NCBI GenBank assembly: GCA_965116475.1
Contig: OZ220691.1
Location: 1,568,001 to 1,632,000 of the forward strand
DNA from: Gemmatimonadota bacterium
Lineage (GTDB): Bacteria; Gemmatimonadota; Gemmatimonadetes; Palauibacterales; Palauibacteraceae
DNA: 64,000 bases
Direction of reading: 5' to 3'
Positions 47,761 to 56,799 of this stretch are shown here, one piece after another (position 1 is the stretch's first letter; every line of letters begins with the position of its first letter). The notes beneath the pieces are model-generated. The model worked only from the letters and a program-made list of their open reading frames with translations. It searched no databases and was not told where the DNA came from. Position numbers and translations under genes: made by a program.

Positions 47761-49236
47761 TTACCGGACCTTGTTCGAATAATTTCCATGCACGCTGTAG
47801 CGGGCGATGGCGCCGTCCTCCCGGTGGAAGATATACGCCTCTCCCGGCTCGCCGTCGTCCCGTATGCGCCGGAAGGTATCGCCGCCCTCGTGCCGCAGCT
47901 TGGTCATTCCCTCGACCGGGTCATTCGAGGGGAGACCGAGGGCCGCGAGGCCGTCGTCCCACTGGAGGATGACCGTTTCTCCCCACGTGGACTGGTACAG
48001 CCCCTCGTACTCCGCCAGGGAGGCCGGGCGCGCGGTGCCGCCGTCCGGGTCGCTGCGGATCTCCTCGAGGGCCGCCCCGAGCGTCTCCATCATCCTCGTC
48101 CACACATCGGTGGGATTGGCGAGGGCGTTCATCATCACCACCCCCGCCAGCTTCTTCGCGGGCAGGAGCTGGAAGGTCGAGCGGAAGCCCGGGCAGCTCC
48201 CGCCGTGGCCCACCGCGCGCTCCCCGTCGCGGCGCGAGACCGCGAAGCCGAGCCCCCACATCGTGTCGAAGTCGGGGTCGACCCAGTGCACGCGGTGCAT
48301 CTCCCTCAGCGTGTTCACATCGAGGATCTCCGTGCCCCCGTTCTCCAGCAGGCGGAACTGCCACGAGGCAAGGCGCGCGAGATCCTCCACCGTCGAGGCG
48401 AACCCCGCCGCGGACGCCATCCCCAGCGCCTGGAAGAAGGGAGCTTCGGCCCGGTCGCCGTCCCGCTCGAGCCGCGAGTACCCGGTGGCGTAGCGGCCGC
48501 CCCGGTGCTCGACGGGAATGTCGGTGTACGTGTCGGACATCCCCAGCGGCTCCAGAATCCGGCTCCGGATGTACTCGTCGTACCCCATCCCCGAAGCCTG
48601 CTCGACGAGTTGCCCCGCCAGCGCCATCCCCAGGTTCGAGTACTGGAAGTAGCGGCGGCCGGGATACAGCGTCTCCTGCCCCGAGAGCCCCTCGATGATC
48701 TCGTCCCGCGTGGGGAAGGGATGGTCGGGGCCGGTCCAGTAGGGGTGCGCCGATTCGCGCGGGAGTCCGGAGGAGTGGGTGAGGATCCCCTCCACGCTCA
48801 CGCTCGGACCATCGGCAAACACCTGCTCGAGGTCGTACCACGGAAGGTGCGCGGATACCGGGTCGTCGAGATCCAGCTTGCCCTCGTCCCGCTGCTGCAT
48901 CACGCCGATGGAGGTGAAGAGCTTCGAGATCGAACACACGGAATACATGGTCGACGGGGTGGCGGGGACCGCGGTCTCGCGGTGCGCGTACCCGTAGCCG
49001 CGGGCCCATACGAGGTCCTGGTCGTGCACGAGCGCCGCGGACACGCCGGGGATCTTCTCGTACGCCATCTTCGCGTCGAGCCACGCATCGAACAGCGCCA
49101 CCGCCTGCTCGAAGCGCGGATCGTTCACGGGATCGCCGTTCCCCTGCGCGCACCCGGCCGCGGGAGCCGCGAGAAGGACGGCGAAGACGAGGGCGATGGC
49201 GCGGCGCCATGGACGATCTCGGGACGGGCGAGCCAT
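47761..49236 (-). CDS. Serine hydrolase (class C beta-lactamase-like), exported
   Basis: SISK, LTHSSGL, YSN, HGG motifs. Confidence 0.9.
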   Translation of the reverse strand: MARPSRDRPWRRAIALVFAVLLAAPAAGCAQGNGDPVNDPRFEQAVALFDAWLDAKMAYEKIPGVSAALVHDQDLVWARGYGYAHRETAVPATPSTMYSVCSISKLFTSIGVMQQRDEGKLDLDDPVSAHLPWYDLEQVFADGPSVSVEGILTHSSGLPRESAHPYWTGPDHPFPTRDEIIEGLSGQETLYPGRRYFQYSNLGMALAGQLVEQASGMGYDEYIRSRILEPLGMSDTYTDIPVEHRGGRYATGYSRLERDGDRAEAPFFQALGMASAAGFASTVEDLARLASWQFRLLENGGTEILDVNTLREMHRVHWVDPDFDTMWGLGFAVSRRDGERAVGHGGSCPGFRSTFQLLPAKKLAGVVMMNALANPTDVWTRMMETLGAALEEIRSDPDGGTARPASLAEYEGLYQSTWGETVILQWDDGLAALGLPSNDPVEGMTKLRHEGGDTFRRIRDDGEPGEAYIFHREDGAIARYSVHGNYSNKVR

Positions 49237-49436
49237 GGCAGGACCTCCTTTGTTGGCGGGGAAGCCGCAAGGTGCCGAAGCCGGACGGGCCGGGGCAAGC
49301 ACGGGGCAGACACAGGGCAGGCACAGGGCAGGCACCGCGCGAACCCGTCCCGGGGCTCTGGCGCGGAGGCGGGGGGTGCGCCACCCTTCGGCATGGCTCT
49401 TCCACCTGTCTTCCACCCGCACGAAAGGACCGAGAC

Positions 49437-50033
49437 ATGCGGAGACTTGTCCTGGCCGCCGCCCTCGCACTGGGCCTGGCCGGAACGCTCGCCATCGGAG
49501 GCGCGGCCCCGGTGAGCGCGCAGGACGCGCAACTGCTCGAAGTGGGCGAAATGGCGCCGGACTTCGCGCTCCCGGGCGCGACGCGGTACGGGGCGCTGGA
49601 GAACCCGATCCGCCTGAGCGACTACCGGGGCGAGACTGTCGTCCTCGCCTTCTTCTTCAGAGTCAGGACGCGTGGCTGAACGGTTCAGATGAGAGCGTAC
49701 CGTGATCAGTACGCAAGTCTGTTCAACGAGGGCCGGAACGTGGTCCTCGTCGGCATCTCGAACGACCCGGTCGACGAACTCGCCTCATGGCTGAAGGACG
49801 AGGATTTCCCCTTCCTGTTCGCGAGCGACGCGGGCAACAGCGGGGGGACCTACGTCGACTTCGGCGGAGGCCTGAGGGACAGCAACGCGGTGGACAGCCG
49901 CGCGGTGATCGTGGTGGGGCCCGATGGGCGCATTGCGGGCGTGATCCCGAGCTTCAACCAGGTCGACCCCGCGGCCTACGACGAACTCGCCGCCATCATC
50001 GACGAGGTGACGCCGGAGGCTGTCGACCCGTAG
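49437..50033 (+). CDS. Exported peroxiredoxin (AhpC/TSA, BCP-like) with in-frame UGA (selenocysteine) at 49677-49679
   Basis: Track ORFs 49209-49679 and 49689-50033 are in one frame: GEMAPDF...LSDYRG..VVLAFF.RVRTRG-UGA-TVQ...VGISND...SD...R.VIVVGPDG. Confidence 0.85.
49686..49721 (+). promoter_or_regulatory. Putative bacterial SECIS element
   Basis: GCGTAC-CGTGATCA-GTACGC hairpin with outer CAGA/TCTG, just 3' of the UGA. Confidence 0.65.
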
Positions 50034-50036
50034 GAA

Positions 50037-50612
50037 CTAATCGCCTCCCGCTTGCTGAGCGGAGAGGATGCCGGTGACGGCCCCGACGAGGTCCTGGTCG
50101 GGGCCGACGCCGGTGTAGGCCACCTTCCCATCCGCGTCGAGGATCACGACGATCGAGGTCGTGGTCGCCGAATAGGCGCGCACCGCGGCGCCGTCCGCAT
50201 CCCACAGGTAGGGGTATGCCGCCCCGTGCGCCTCCGCGTGGCGCCTGACGCGGCGCAGCGACTGAGCCACCGCGACCGCCACCGCGACGACGTTCACGCG
50301 GTCGCCGAAGTCGGCCTGCACCCGGTCGATCTCGGGCTGCAGCCCCTCGCACTGTTCGCACCACGCGGCCCAGAACTCGAACAGCGCGGGCTTGCCGTCC
50401 GCGTAGTCGAGAAGCTGGACCTCGTTACCGTCCAGATCCTGCAGCGTGGCGTCCGGACCCTGCGTCCCGGGGGCGAGGCTGACCTGTCCCGCGCCGGCCT
50501 GCGCGTGGAGAGGGGCGGCCGCGGCGAGGGCAGCCAACGCGGCGAGGGCGGCCAGTGCGACGAACAGGATGGCGGTCGCGTAGTGCCGGGTTCGTCCCGA
50601 TTTCGTGTTCAC
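50037..50612 (-). CDS. TlpA-family thioredoxin-like disulfide reductase, exported
   Basis: FWAAWCEQC, DLDGNEV.L, ILDADGK. Confidence 0.88.
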   Translation of the reverse strand: MNTKSGRTRHYATAILFVALAALAALAALAAAAPLHAQAGAGQVSLAPGTQGPDATLQDLDGNEVQLLDYADGKPALFEFWAAWCEQCEGLQPEIDRVQADFGDRVNVVAVAVAVAQSLRRVRRHAEAHGAAYPYLWDADGAAVRAYSATTTSIVVILDADGKVAYTGVGPDQDLVGAVTGILSAQQAGGD

Positions 50613-51370
50613 ATGAAGTATCCCGCCCGGATGAGGTAGAACTGCGCCATCCCGATCATGATGACGGCGGCGGCCCGTTTCATCCAGATCATCCACGTCC
50701 CGGACTTCGGCAGCACGGCGAGCGTCCCCGAGAACAGCCCGACCGCGATGAGCACGGCGGTCATGCCGATGGAGAAGGTGAACAGGTAGACGAAGCCCAT
50801 GAGACCGGCCTGTTCGGCGACGACCCAGGTGAGGACGACGGCAAAGGCGGGCGCCCCGCACGGCGCGGCCACGATCCCGGATGTCGCCCCGAGGAGGAAC
50901 ACCGCGCGGTAGGATCCGCCGCCGCGGCTGCCCGCCCACGCGAGAAGCCGCTTCGGCACCGGGACGGGAAAGACGTCGAGCATGAACAGGGAGAAGAAGA
51001 GGAGGAGATTGCCGGTCGCGAACAGCGCCCAGAAGCTTGCCCCGATCGAGCCCAGGACGGTGCCGCTGAGCCCGGCGATGACGCCGAGCACGGAGTAGAG
51101 GAGCGCCAGTCCAAGGGCATAGGTCAGCGTGAGGCCGATGGTGCGCCGCCGCGACTGACCGCCGCCGGCCGTGCCCGAGATGACGGAGAAGGTGATCGGG
51201 ATCATCGGCCAGATGCACGGGTTCGTGCTCGTGAGGACGCCGGCCGCGAAGAGGGCGCCGAGCGCGAGGAACGGGTTGTCGGAGAGCGCCGGGAGGAGTC
51301 CGCCCGCCGGCTCGACCTGCAGCGCCGCGAGCGCGACCGCCTCGACGGCGCCCGTTGCGACCGGGTCCAT
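50609..51370 (-). CDS. ccdA: CcdA/DsbD transmembrane electron transporter
   Basis: TNPCIWPMIP, AAPCGAP, LPKSGTWM. Confidence 0.88.
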   Translation of the reverse strand: MDPVATGAVEAVALAALQVEPAGGLLPALSDNPFLALGALFAAGVLTSTNPCIWPMIPITFSVISGTAGGGQSRRRTIGLTLTYALGLALLYSVLGVIAGLSGTVLGSIGASFWALFATGNLLLFFSLFMLDVFPVPVPKRLLAWAGSRGGGSYRAVFLLGATSGIVAAPCGAPAFAVVLTWVVAEQAGLMGFVYLFTFSIGMTAVLIAVGLFSGTLAVLPKSGTWMIWMKRAAAVIMIGMAQFYLIRAGYFM

Positions 51371-53526
51371 CACGGGACGAGCGGCTCGGTCGGCGGGCCG
51401 CCGAAGACGATGACGCCGTCCTTCACGACGAGATCGATGTTCCGCAGGTCGGCGATGTCGGCCAGCGGGTCGCCGTCCACGAGGATCAGGTGCGCGCGCC
51501 GCCCGGGCCGCACGGTCCCGAAGTCGTCCTCCTTCCCGAGCCAGCGCGCGCCGTTTGCGGTCGCGGCCCGCAGGATCGCGGCGTTGGGCACGCCGGCCTC
51601 CGCGTACGCCTCGAGTTCGTTGAACAGCCCCACGTTGTCCGTGCCCGCGAGCAGCGGGACCCCGGCCTCGACCGCGCGCCGGACGAACTCGCCCATGCGC
51701 TCGTACGCCTGCCGCGCGTTGTGGAACTCCTCGAGCGAGAAGCGCTCGCGGTCGCCGTCGTCGACGTCCTGGATGTAGAGGGTCGGGTCGAGTCCCGTCT
51801 CCGTCTCGGCCATGAGTTCGAGGAGCGACAGGACCTCGGGGCTGGCCGGGTCGATCTCCCGCCAGTCGGCCTGCATGCGTCCGACCGGGTTCCGTCCGCC
51901 ATCGAGCGACATGTCCCGTCCGTCGGCCTGGATCTCGAGCGGGAGGAAGTCGCGCCATACGCGAATGTGGTTGAACCCGCTGATGCCGGCTTCGATCGCC
52001 TGCCGCCAGCTCGTGCGGACCCCGATGTGGCCGGTGACCGGCAGCCCCTGCACGCGCGCCTCCGCCACGACGGCCGCAAGCACGTCGGGGTCGAGGAGGA
52101 AGTACGCCTTCAGCAGGTCGACGCCCTGCGCCTTCAGCGCGCGGACGAGCGCCGGAGCGGCCGCGGGGTCGTCGATGCTCACGTCGACCAGGGGATGGTA
52201 GCCGGCGGGGCCGTCGATCAGGGGGCCGGCCGTGTACACGTCGGGGCCGGCCAGCACGCCGAGACGCACCGCGTCCTTGAAGTCCATCGCGTCCTGGATC
52301 GCCGATCCCGGATCGCGGATCGCGGTGATCCCGGCGGCCAGCAGGTCGGCGCCGGCGAGAGGCTGCCAGTAGTGGTAGTGGTTGTCCATCAGCCCCGGGA
52401 GCAGCATGCGGCCGCCGCCGTCGATGACCGTCGTGCCGGGCCCGGCCGCGGGCACCTCGTCGTCCTCCCCCGTCCGTACCTCGGCGATCCGCCCGTCACG
52501 GACGAGGACCGACGACCCGGGAACCGCCTCGTCGCCCGTGCCGTCGAACAGGCGGACGTTCGTGATCAGCACGTCTTCGCCGGGGTCCTCGGCCACCTCG
52601 AACCTGGCCTCGAAGGGGATGGGCGTGAACTCGCCGCTCTCCAGGTCCAGCCGCTGCATCCGCCGCCCGCCGAGGACGAGCAGCCACTCGCCGGACGGGT
52701 GGAAGGCGAGCTGCTTCTGGTCGAAGGCGCTCGGGAACTGCTTCGTCTCCCCCGGCTCCCCCACCGCCGACACGACGAGCTGATCGGCGCCGTTGTGCGT
52801 CCTCACGTGCGCGCGGCGCCTGCCATCCGCGCTCCACGCCACGGCCATCTCCCGCTCCGCCGTATCCGTGACCCGTTCGAGCGACATCTCCTCCAGGTCG
52901 AGTTCGTACAGGTCCGTGCCGTCGAAGCGCCCCGTTTCGAGGAGGATGCGGCTCCCGTCCGGCGAGAGGGCGAACGACCACTCGTGCCAGCTCCGCGTGT
53001 GCGTCAGCTGTTCCGCCTCGCCGCCCGCGAGCGGGATCCGCCACACGTGCGCCTCGTACTGCGAGCGGTCGTCGACGAAGAAGAGCTGGCTCCCGTCCGG
53101 ATGGAACTGCATGTGCCCCACCGACCCCGGGACGCCGTGCAGGAAGCGAACGCCCCCGGTGGCCATGTTGCGGACGAGGATGTCGGCCCCCTGGCGGGAC
53201 CTCGCGGCGTAGGCGAGGAAGCGGCCGTCCGGCGACCAGGCGGGGCGCGTGTCCCACGAGGCGCCGTCGGTGAGCTGGCGCGCCGTCCCGCCCTCGGCGG
53301 GAAGCGTCCAGATCTTCCCCAGGATGGAGACGGCGATCGTCGACCCGTCCGGCGAGAACGCGGGATCCCGGGCCCCGATGTCCACGGTGGCGTGCGACTG
53401 CGCCTGCAGCGCTCCGGTTCCGGCCGCGGAACCCGTTGCGACCCCGAACCCGGCGACGGCCGCGGCGAGCCCGCCCCTCCGTCTCATCGGCCTCATCAGT
53501 CTCATCAGCCCGTTCCGCGCGTTCAT
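51370..53526 (-). CDS. Amidohydrolase with N-terminal PD40/TolB-like repeats
   Basis: FSPDG and WSPDG repeats; PGLMDNHYH, AGTD, GRRAHLILV. Confidence 0.87.
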   Translation of the reverse strand: MNARNGLMRLMRPMRRRGGLAAAVAGFGVATGSAAGTGALQAQSHATVDIGARDPAFSPDGSTIAVSILGKIWTLPAEGGTARQLTDGASWDTRPAWSPDGRFLAYAARSRQGADILVRNMATGGVRFLHGVPGSVGHMQFHPDGSQLFFVDDRSQYEAHVWRIPLAGGEAEQLTHTRSWHEWSFALSPDGSRILLETGRFDGTDLYELDLEEMSLERVTDTAEREMAVAWSADGRRRAHVRTHNGADQLVVSAVGEPGETKQFPSAFDQKQLAFHPSGEWLLVLGGRRMQRLDLESGEFTPIPFEARFEVAEDPGEDVLITNVRLFDGTGDEAVPGSSVLVRDGRIAEVRTGEDDEVPAAGPGTTVIDGGGRMLLPGLMDNHYHYWQPLAGADLLAAGITAIRDPGSAIQDAMDFKDAVRLGVLAGPDVYTAGPLIDGPAGYHPLVDVSIDDPAAAPALVRALKAQGVDLLKAYFLLDPDVLAAVVAEARVQGLPVTGHIGVRTSWRQAIEAGISGFNHIRVWRDFLPLEIQADGRDMSLDGGRNPVGRMQADWREIDPASPEVLSLLELMAETETGLDPTLYIQDVDDGDRERFSLEEFHNARQAYERMGEFVRRAVEAGVPLLAGTDNVGLFNELEAYAEAGVPNAAILRAATANGARWLGKEDDFGTVRPGRRAHLILVDGDPLADIADLRNIDLVVKDGVIVFGGPPTEPLVP

Positions 53527-54539
53527 TCCGGCAACTCTCCGTTCAGTTCCATGTACACCCGCCGGATGGCGCGCAGCTTCTGGCTGTCCCGCAGCGACCA
53601 CTCCTCGACATCGCCGAACGTGACCGCCTGCGCCGCCTCCTCGGCGCTCAACCCCTCGCCGTGAAGCCGCGTCGCCTCCTCCACGACGGCCCACACCGCG
53701 TCCCGGAACGATACCAGTTCCGCCTCGAGGATCGCCGGCGACTCCATCACCCCGTGCCCCGGCACGTACACGTCCACGTCCATCTCGATCGCGCGATCCA
53801 GCATCGCGACCCACTCGGACGGATACGCCGAGCGCATGGCCGGGAAGATGTGCTTCAGGTACGTCTCGCTCATGAACAGCACCTTGCCCTCGGGCAGGTA
53901 GACGACGAGGTCCCCGCCCGTGTGGGCGCGGCCGAGGTGCAGGAGCCGGATCTCGCGGCCGCCGAGTTCGAGCACCGTGTCGGTCCCCACGATCTCCGTC
54001 GGGACGACGACCGGCGGTGCATCCTCGGGCCGGTTGGGGTTCGCCGCGCTCGCCTCCAGGATCGCCGCCGAAGTCGGGTGCGCGAAGAAGCGGGCGCCCG
54101 CCGGGAAGGCCGAGTTACCGCCCGTGTGGTCTCCGTGATCCGAGGCGACGATGACGTGCGTGATCGGCTGGTCGGTGATGCCCGCGACCGTGTCGACCAG
54201 CCGCTGCGTCTCTTCGGGACTCTCCTGCCCGTCCGCGACGAGTACGCCCTCCGGGGTGACGACGATGAGGCTCACCGTCGTGATGACCTCGCCCCCGGTG
54301 GCGTGGATCTGCTCGTAGGCGTAGATGTCCTCCGCGACCTCGATCACCCTCGGGTAGTCCGCGTCCGCGAACCCGTGCGCGTAGGGATCCGATGTCGCCG
54401 GCCCCGCCGCGGCGGCGTCCGGTGCGCCGGAAGCGGCCGCGTTCGCCGCCGTATCCGATGAGGTGTCGTCCGGCGCCGCGCAGGCGACGAGAAGTGGAAG
54501 AGCGAGCCAGGAAACGGGGGGAGAAAACCGCCGACCCAT
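53523..54539 (-). CDS. MBL-fold metallo-hydrolase, lipoprotein
   Basis: SDHGDHTGG, HTGGD, PGHG; lipobox LVAC. Confidence 0.87.
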   Translation of the reverse strand: MGRRFSPPVSWLALPLLVACAAPDDTSSDTAANAAASGAPDAAAAGPATSDPYAHGFADADYPRVIEVAEDIYAYEQIHATGGEVITTVSLIVVTPEGVLVADGQESPEETQRLVDTVAGITDQPITHVIVASDHGDHTGGNSAFPAGARFFAHPTSAAILEASAANPNRPEDAPPVVVPTEIVGTDTVLELGGREIRLLHLGRAHTGGDLVVYLPEGKVLFMSETYLKHIFPAMRSAYPSEWVAMLDRAIEMDVDVYVPGHGVMESPAILEAELVSFRDAVWAVVEEATRLHGEGLSAEEAAQAVTFGDVEEWSLRDSQKLRAIRRVYMELNGELPE

Positions 54540-54613
54540 CGTCAAGCCTCCGTGAGCGAGAGAACCCGACTCGAATCTTCTCCCCGGAAGGGAGGCGCCC
54601 GCCAGACCTGGTG

Positions 54614-56110
54614 TCATGTAGCGGACGGCCGCCCAAGCGCGTGCTCGAACACGGCGTCGACAGCCAGACAGCGCTCGACGGTGTCGGCGAGGCGGTCGAG
54701 TTCGCGGTCGATCGATCCGCCCCAGGCCGCCGCAGCGGGCCGGAGGCCGAGCGAACCGAGCCAGCCCGCGCGCAGGCGATCGTTCCTGAACGCGCCGTGC
54801 AGGTAGCACCCCCAGTGCGCGCCATCGGCGTGCCCGAGGTCGCGCGGCCCGTCGGCGAGCCACGGCCGGAGCCCGGGCGCGGCCCGCGTGCGCCCGTGGT
54901 GGATCTCGTAGCCGGCTACGATCTCCCCCTCCGCACCGTCCAGCCAGCCCGGCGGCGCCGCGGTGATGCGCGCGCTCGTCTGCCGTGTCTCCTTGCCGAG
55001 AGCGAGTTCGGTGCGCACGTCCAGGATGCGCAGTCCGTGTTCCTCGCCCCCGCCCTCGATGCCGGCCGGGTCCGCGATGCGGCGTCCCATGATCTGATAT
55101 CCGGCGCAGAGGCCCACCACGGGGATGCCGTCCGTCGCGAGGGCGCGAACGGCGTCCGCGAGGCCGGTGCGCTCCATCCAGCGGAGGTCGTCGAGGGTGT
55201 TCCGCGAGCCCGGGAGGATGATGGCGGCGAGGCCGGGCGGGGCAGTGAGGGCGGCCAGGTCGCGCGCGCGACGAACCCAGCGCAGGCGCACACCCGGTTC
55301 GCGGCGCAGGGGGTCAAGGTCGTCCAGGTTGGAGGCGCGGGGGTAGGCGGCTGCCGCGATGGCAGGAGCGTCCGCGGGTCCGGCATCGAGGGCCGGTCCG
55401 CCATCTTCTTCAGGGAGGTTGTGGTCGAGCCAGGGGACGACGCCCAGGACGGGCACGCCGGTGCGCTCGCGCAGGGTTTCCGGGGCGGGCGCGAGAAGCG
55501 CCGGATCCCCCCGGAATCGGTTGAGGATGAAGCCGCGGAAGAGGGCCCGGTCGGCCGCGGAGAGCAGCGCCCAGGTGCCGTAGAGGGAGGCGAAGGCGCC
55601 GCCGCGGTCGATGTCGGCGACGAGCACGACGTTCGCCGAGGCGTGGCGGGCCACGGCCATGTTGACGATGTCGCTCTCGCGCAGGTTCGTCTCGGCCGGG
55701 CTGCCCGCGCCCTCGGCGATCACGAGTTCCGCGCGGTCGCGGAGGCGGGCGAGCGCCTCGGTCACGACGGGCCAGAGATGGGGCTTGCGCTCGCGCCACG
55801 GAAGGTCGGTCGCGCCGCGGTCCGTGCGTCCCAGGCGGACGACCTCCGAACGCGTGTCGGCGAGCGGCTTGAGCAGGACCGGGTTCATGTCGACGTGCGG
55901 GTCCAGTCCCGCGGCCCGCGCCTGCAGCGCCTGCGCGCGCCCGATCTCGCCGCCTTCGGCCGTGACCGCGGCGTTGTTGGACATGTTCTGGCCCTTGAAG
56001 GGAGCAACGGCGATCCCGCGGCGGCGGGCGAGCCGACAGAAGGCCGCCGTGAGCAACGACTTGCCGACGCCGGAGCCCGTGCCCTGCAGCATGAGGACGG
56101 GTGCGCTCAC
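54614..56110 (-). CDS. cobQ: Cobyric acid synthase
   Basis: QGTGSGVGKS, FKGQNMSNN, EGAGSPAE, DIDRGG, LCAGYQ, YLHG. Confidence 0.95.
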   Translation of the reverse strand: MSAPVLMLQGTGSGVGKSLLTAAFCRLARRRGIAVAPFKGQNMSNNAAVTAEGGEIGRAQALQARAAGLDPHVDMNPVLLKPLADTRSEVVRLGRTDRGATDLPWRERKPHLWPVVTEALARLRDRAELVIAEGAGSPAETNLRESDIVNMAVARHASANVVLVADIDRGGAFASLYGTWALLSAADRALFRGFILNRFRGDPALLAPAPETLRERTGVPVLGVVPWLDHNLPEEDGGPALDAGPADAPAIAAAAYPRASNLDDLDPLRREPGVRLRWVRRARDLAALTAPPGLAAIILPGSRNTLDDLRWMERTGLADAVRALATDGIPVVGLCAGYQIMGRRIADPAGIEGGGEEHGLRILDVRTELALGKETRQTSARITAAPPGWLDGAEGEIVAGYEIHHGRTRAAPGLRPWLADGPRDLGHADGAHWGCYLHGAFRNDRLRAGWLGSLGLRPAAAAWGGSIDRELDRLADTVERCLAVDAVFEHALGRPSAT

Positions 56111-56799
56111 AGCTCCAGCCCGGGTTGCGCCCCGATGCCGCGGGTGCGGTAAGGGTGCTTGACCTCCTTCATCTCGGTGACGAGATCCGCGAAATCGATG
56201 AGTTCGGGCGTGGCCATGCGCCCGGTGATGACCACGTGCGTCCCGGCCGGACGATCGCGGATCGGGGGCAGCACCTCGTCGTGATCGAGCCAGCCGTACG
56301 CGAGGGGGTACGTGAGCTCGTCGAAGATCACGATGTCGTAGCGCCCGGAGTCGAGCACCTCCCGGCACCGTGCCCAGCACTCGCGCGCCAGGGCCCGGTC
56401 CTCCTCGATGCGCTCGCTCAACCAGGTGAAGCCCGCGCCCATCGGCACGATCTCGACCCCGAGCTTCTCCGCCGCGATGTGCTCGCCCCGCTGGACTCCT
56501 TCGGTCTTGAGGAACTGCAGCATGGCCACGGTCATGTCACGGCCGCGGGCGCGCAGCAGCGTGCCGAGCGCGGCCGTCGTCTTCCCCTTGCCGTCGCCGG
56601 TGTTGAGGATGACGAGGCCGGTGCGCTTCTGGCGGGGCGGGACGCGGTAGGGACCGGGCGTCCTCTGCTTCGGCACCGGGGCCTTCGGATGCCGCGCCGA
56701 CCGGTCGCCGGTCGAGCACATGGGATCGGCGGTGTCCCGGGGCGCGGGGCGGCAGCGTGGGCGGCAGCGGTCCGGGCTCCGCTCATCGTCCTGGGTCAC
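56107..56799 (-). CDS. cobO: Cob(I)yrinic acid a,c-diamide adenosyltransferase
   Basis: NTGDGKGKTTAA, QFLK, GFTW, TGR, KHPY; start uncertain. Confidence 0.93.
   Translation of the reverse strand: MTQDDERSPDRCRPRCRPAPRDTADPMCSTGDRSARHPKAPVPKQRTPGPYRVPPRQKRTGLVILNTGDGKGKTTAALGTLLRARGRDMTVAMLQFLKTEGVQRGEHIAAEKLGVEIVPMGAGFTWLSERIEEDRALARECWARCREVLDSGRYDIVIFDELTYPLAYGWLDHDEVLPPIRDRPAGTHVVITGRMATPELIDFADLVTEMKEVKHPYRTRGIGAQPGLEL

Noticed and set aside
49437..50033. Peroxiredoxin as a pseudogene or two small genes
   Set aside because: The only stop is a UGA exactly at the catalytic residue, followed by a SECIS-like hairpin, with both halves intact.
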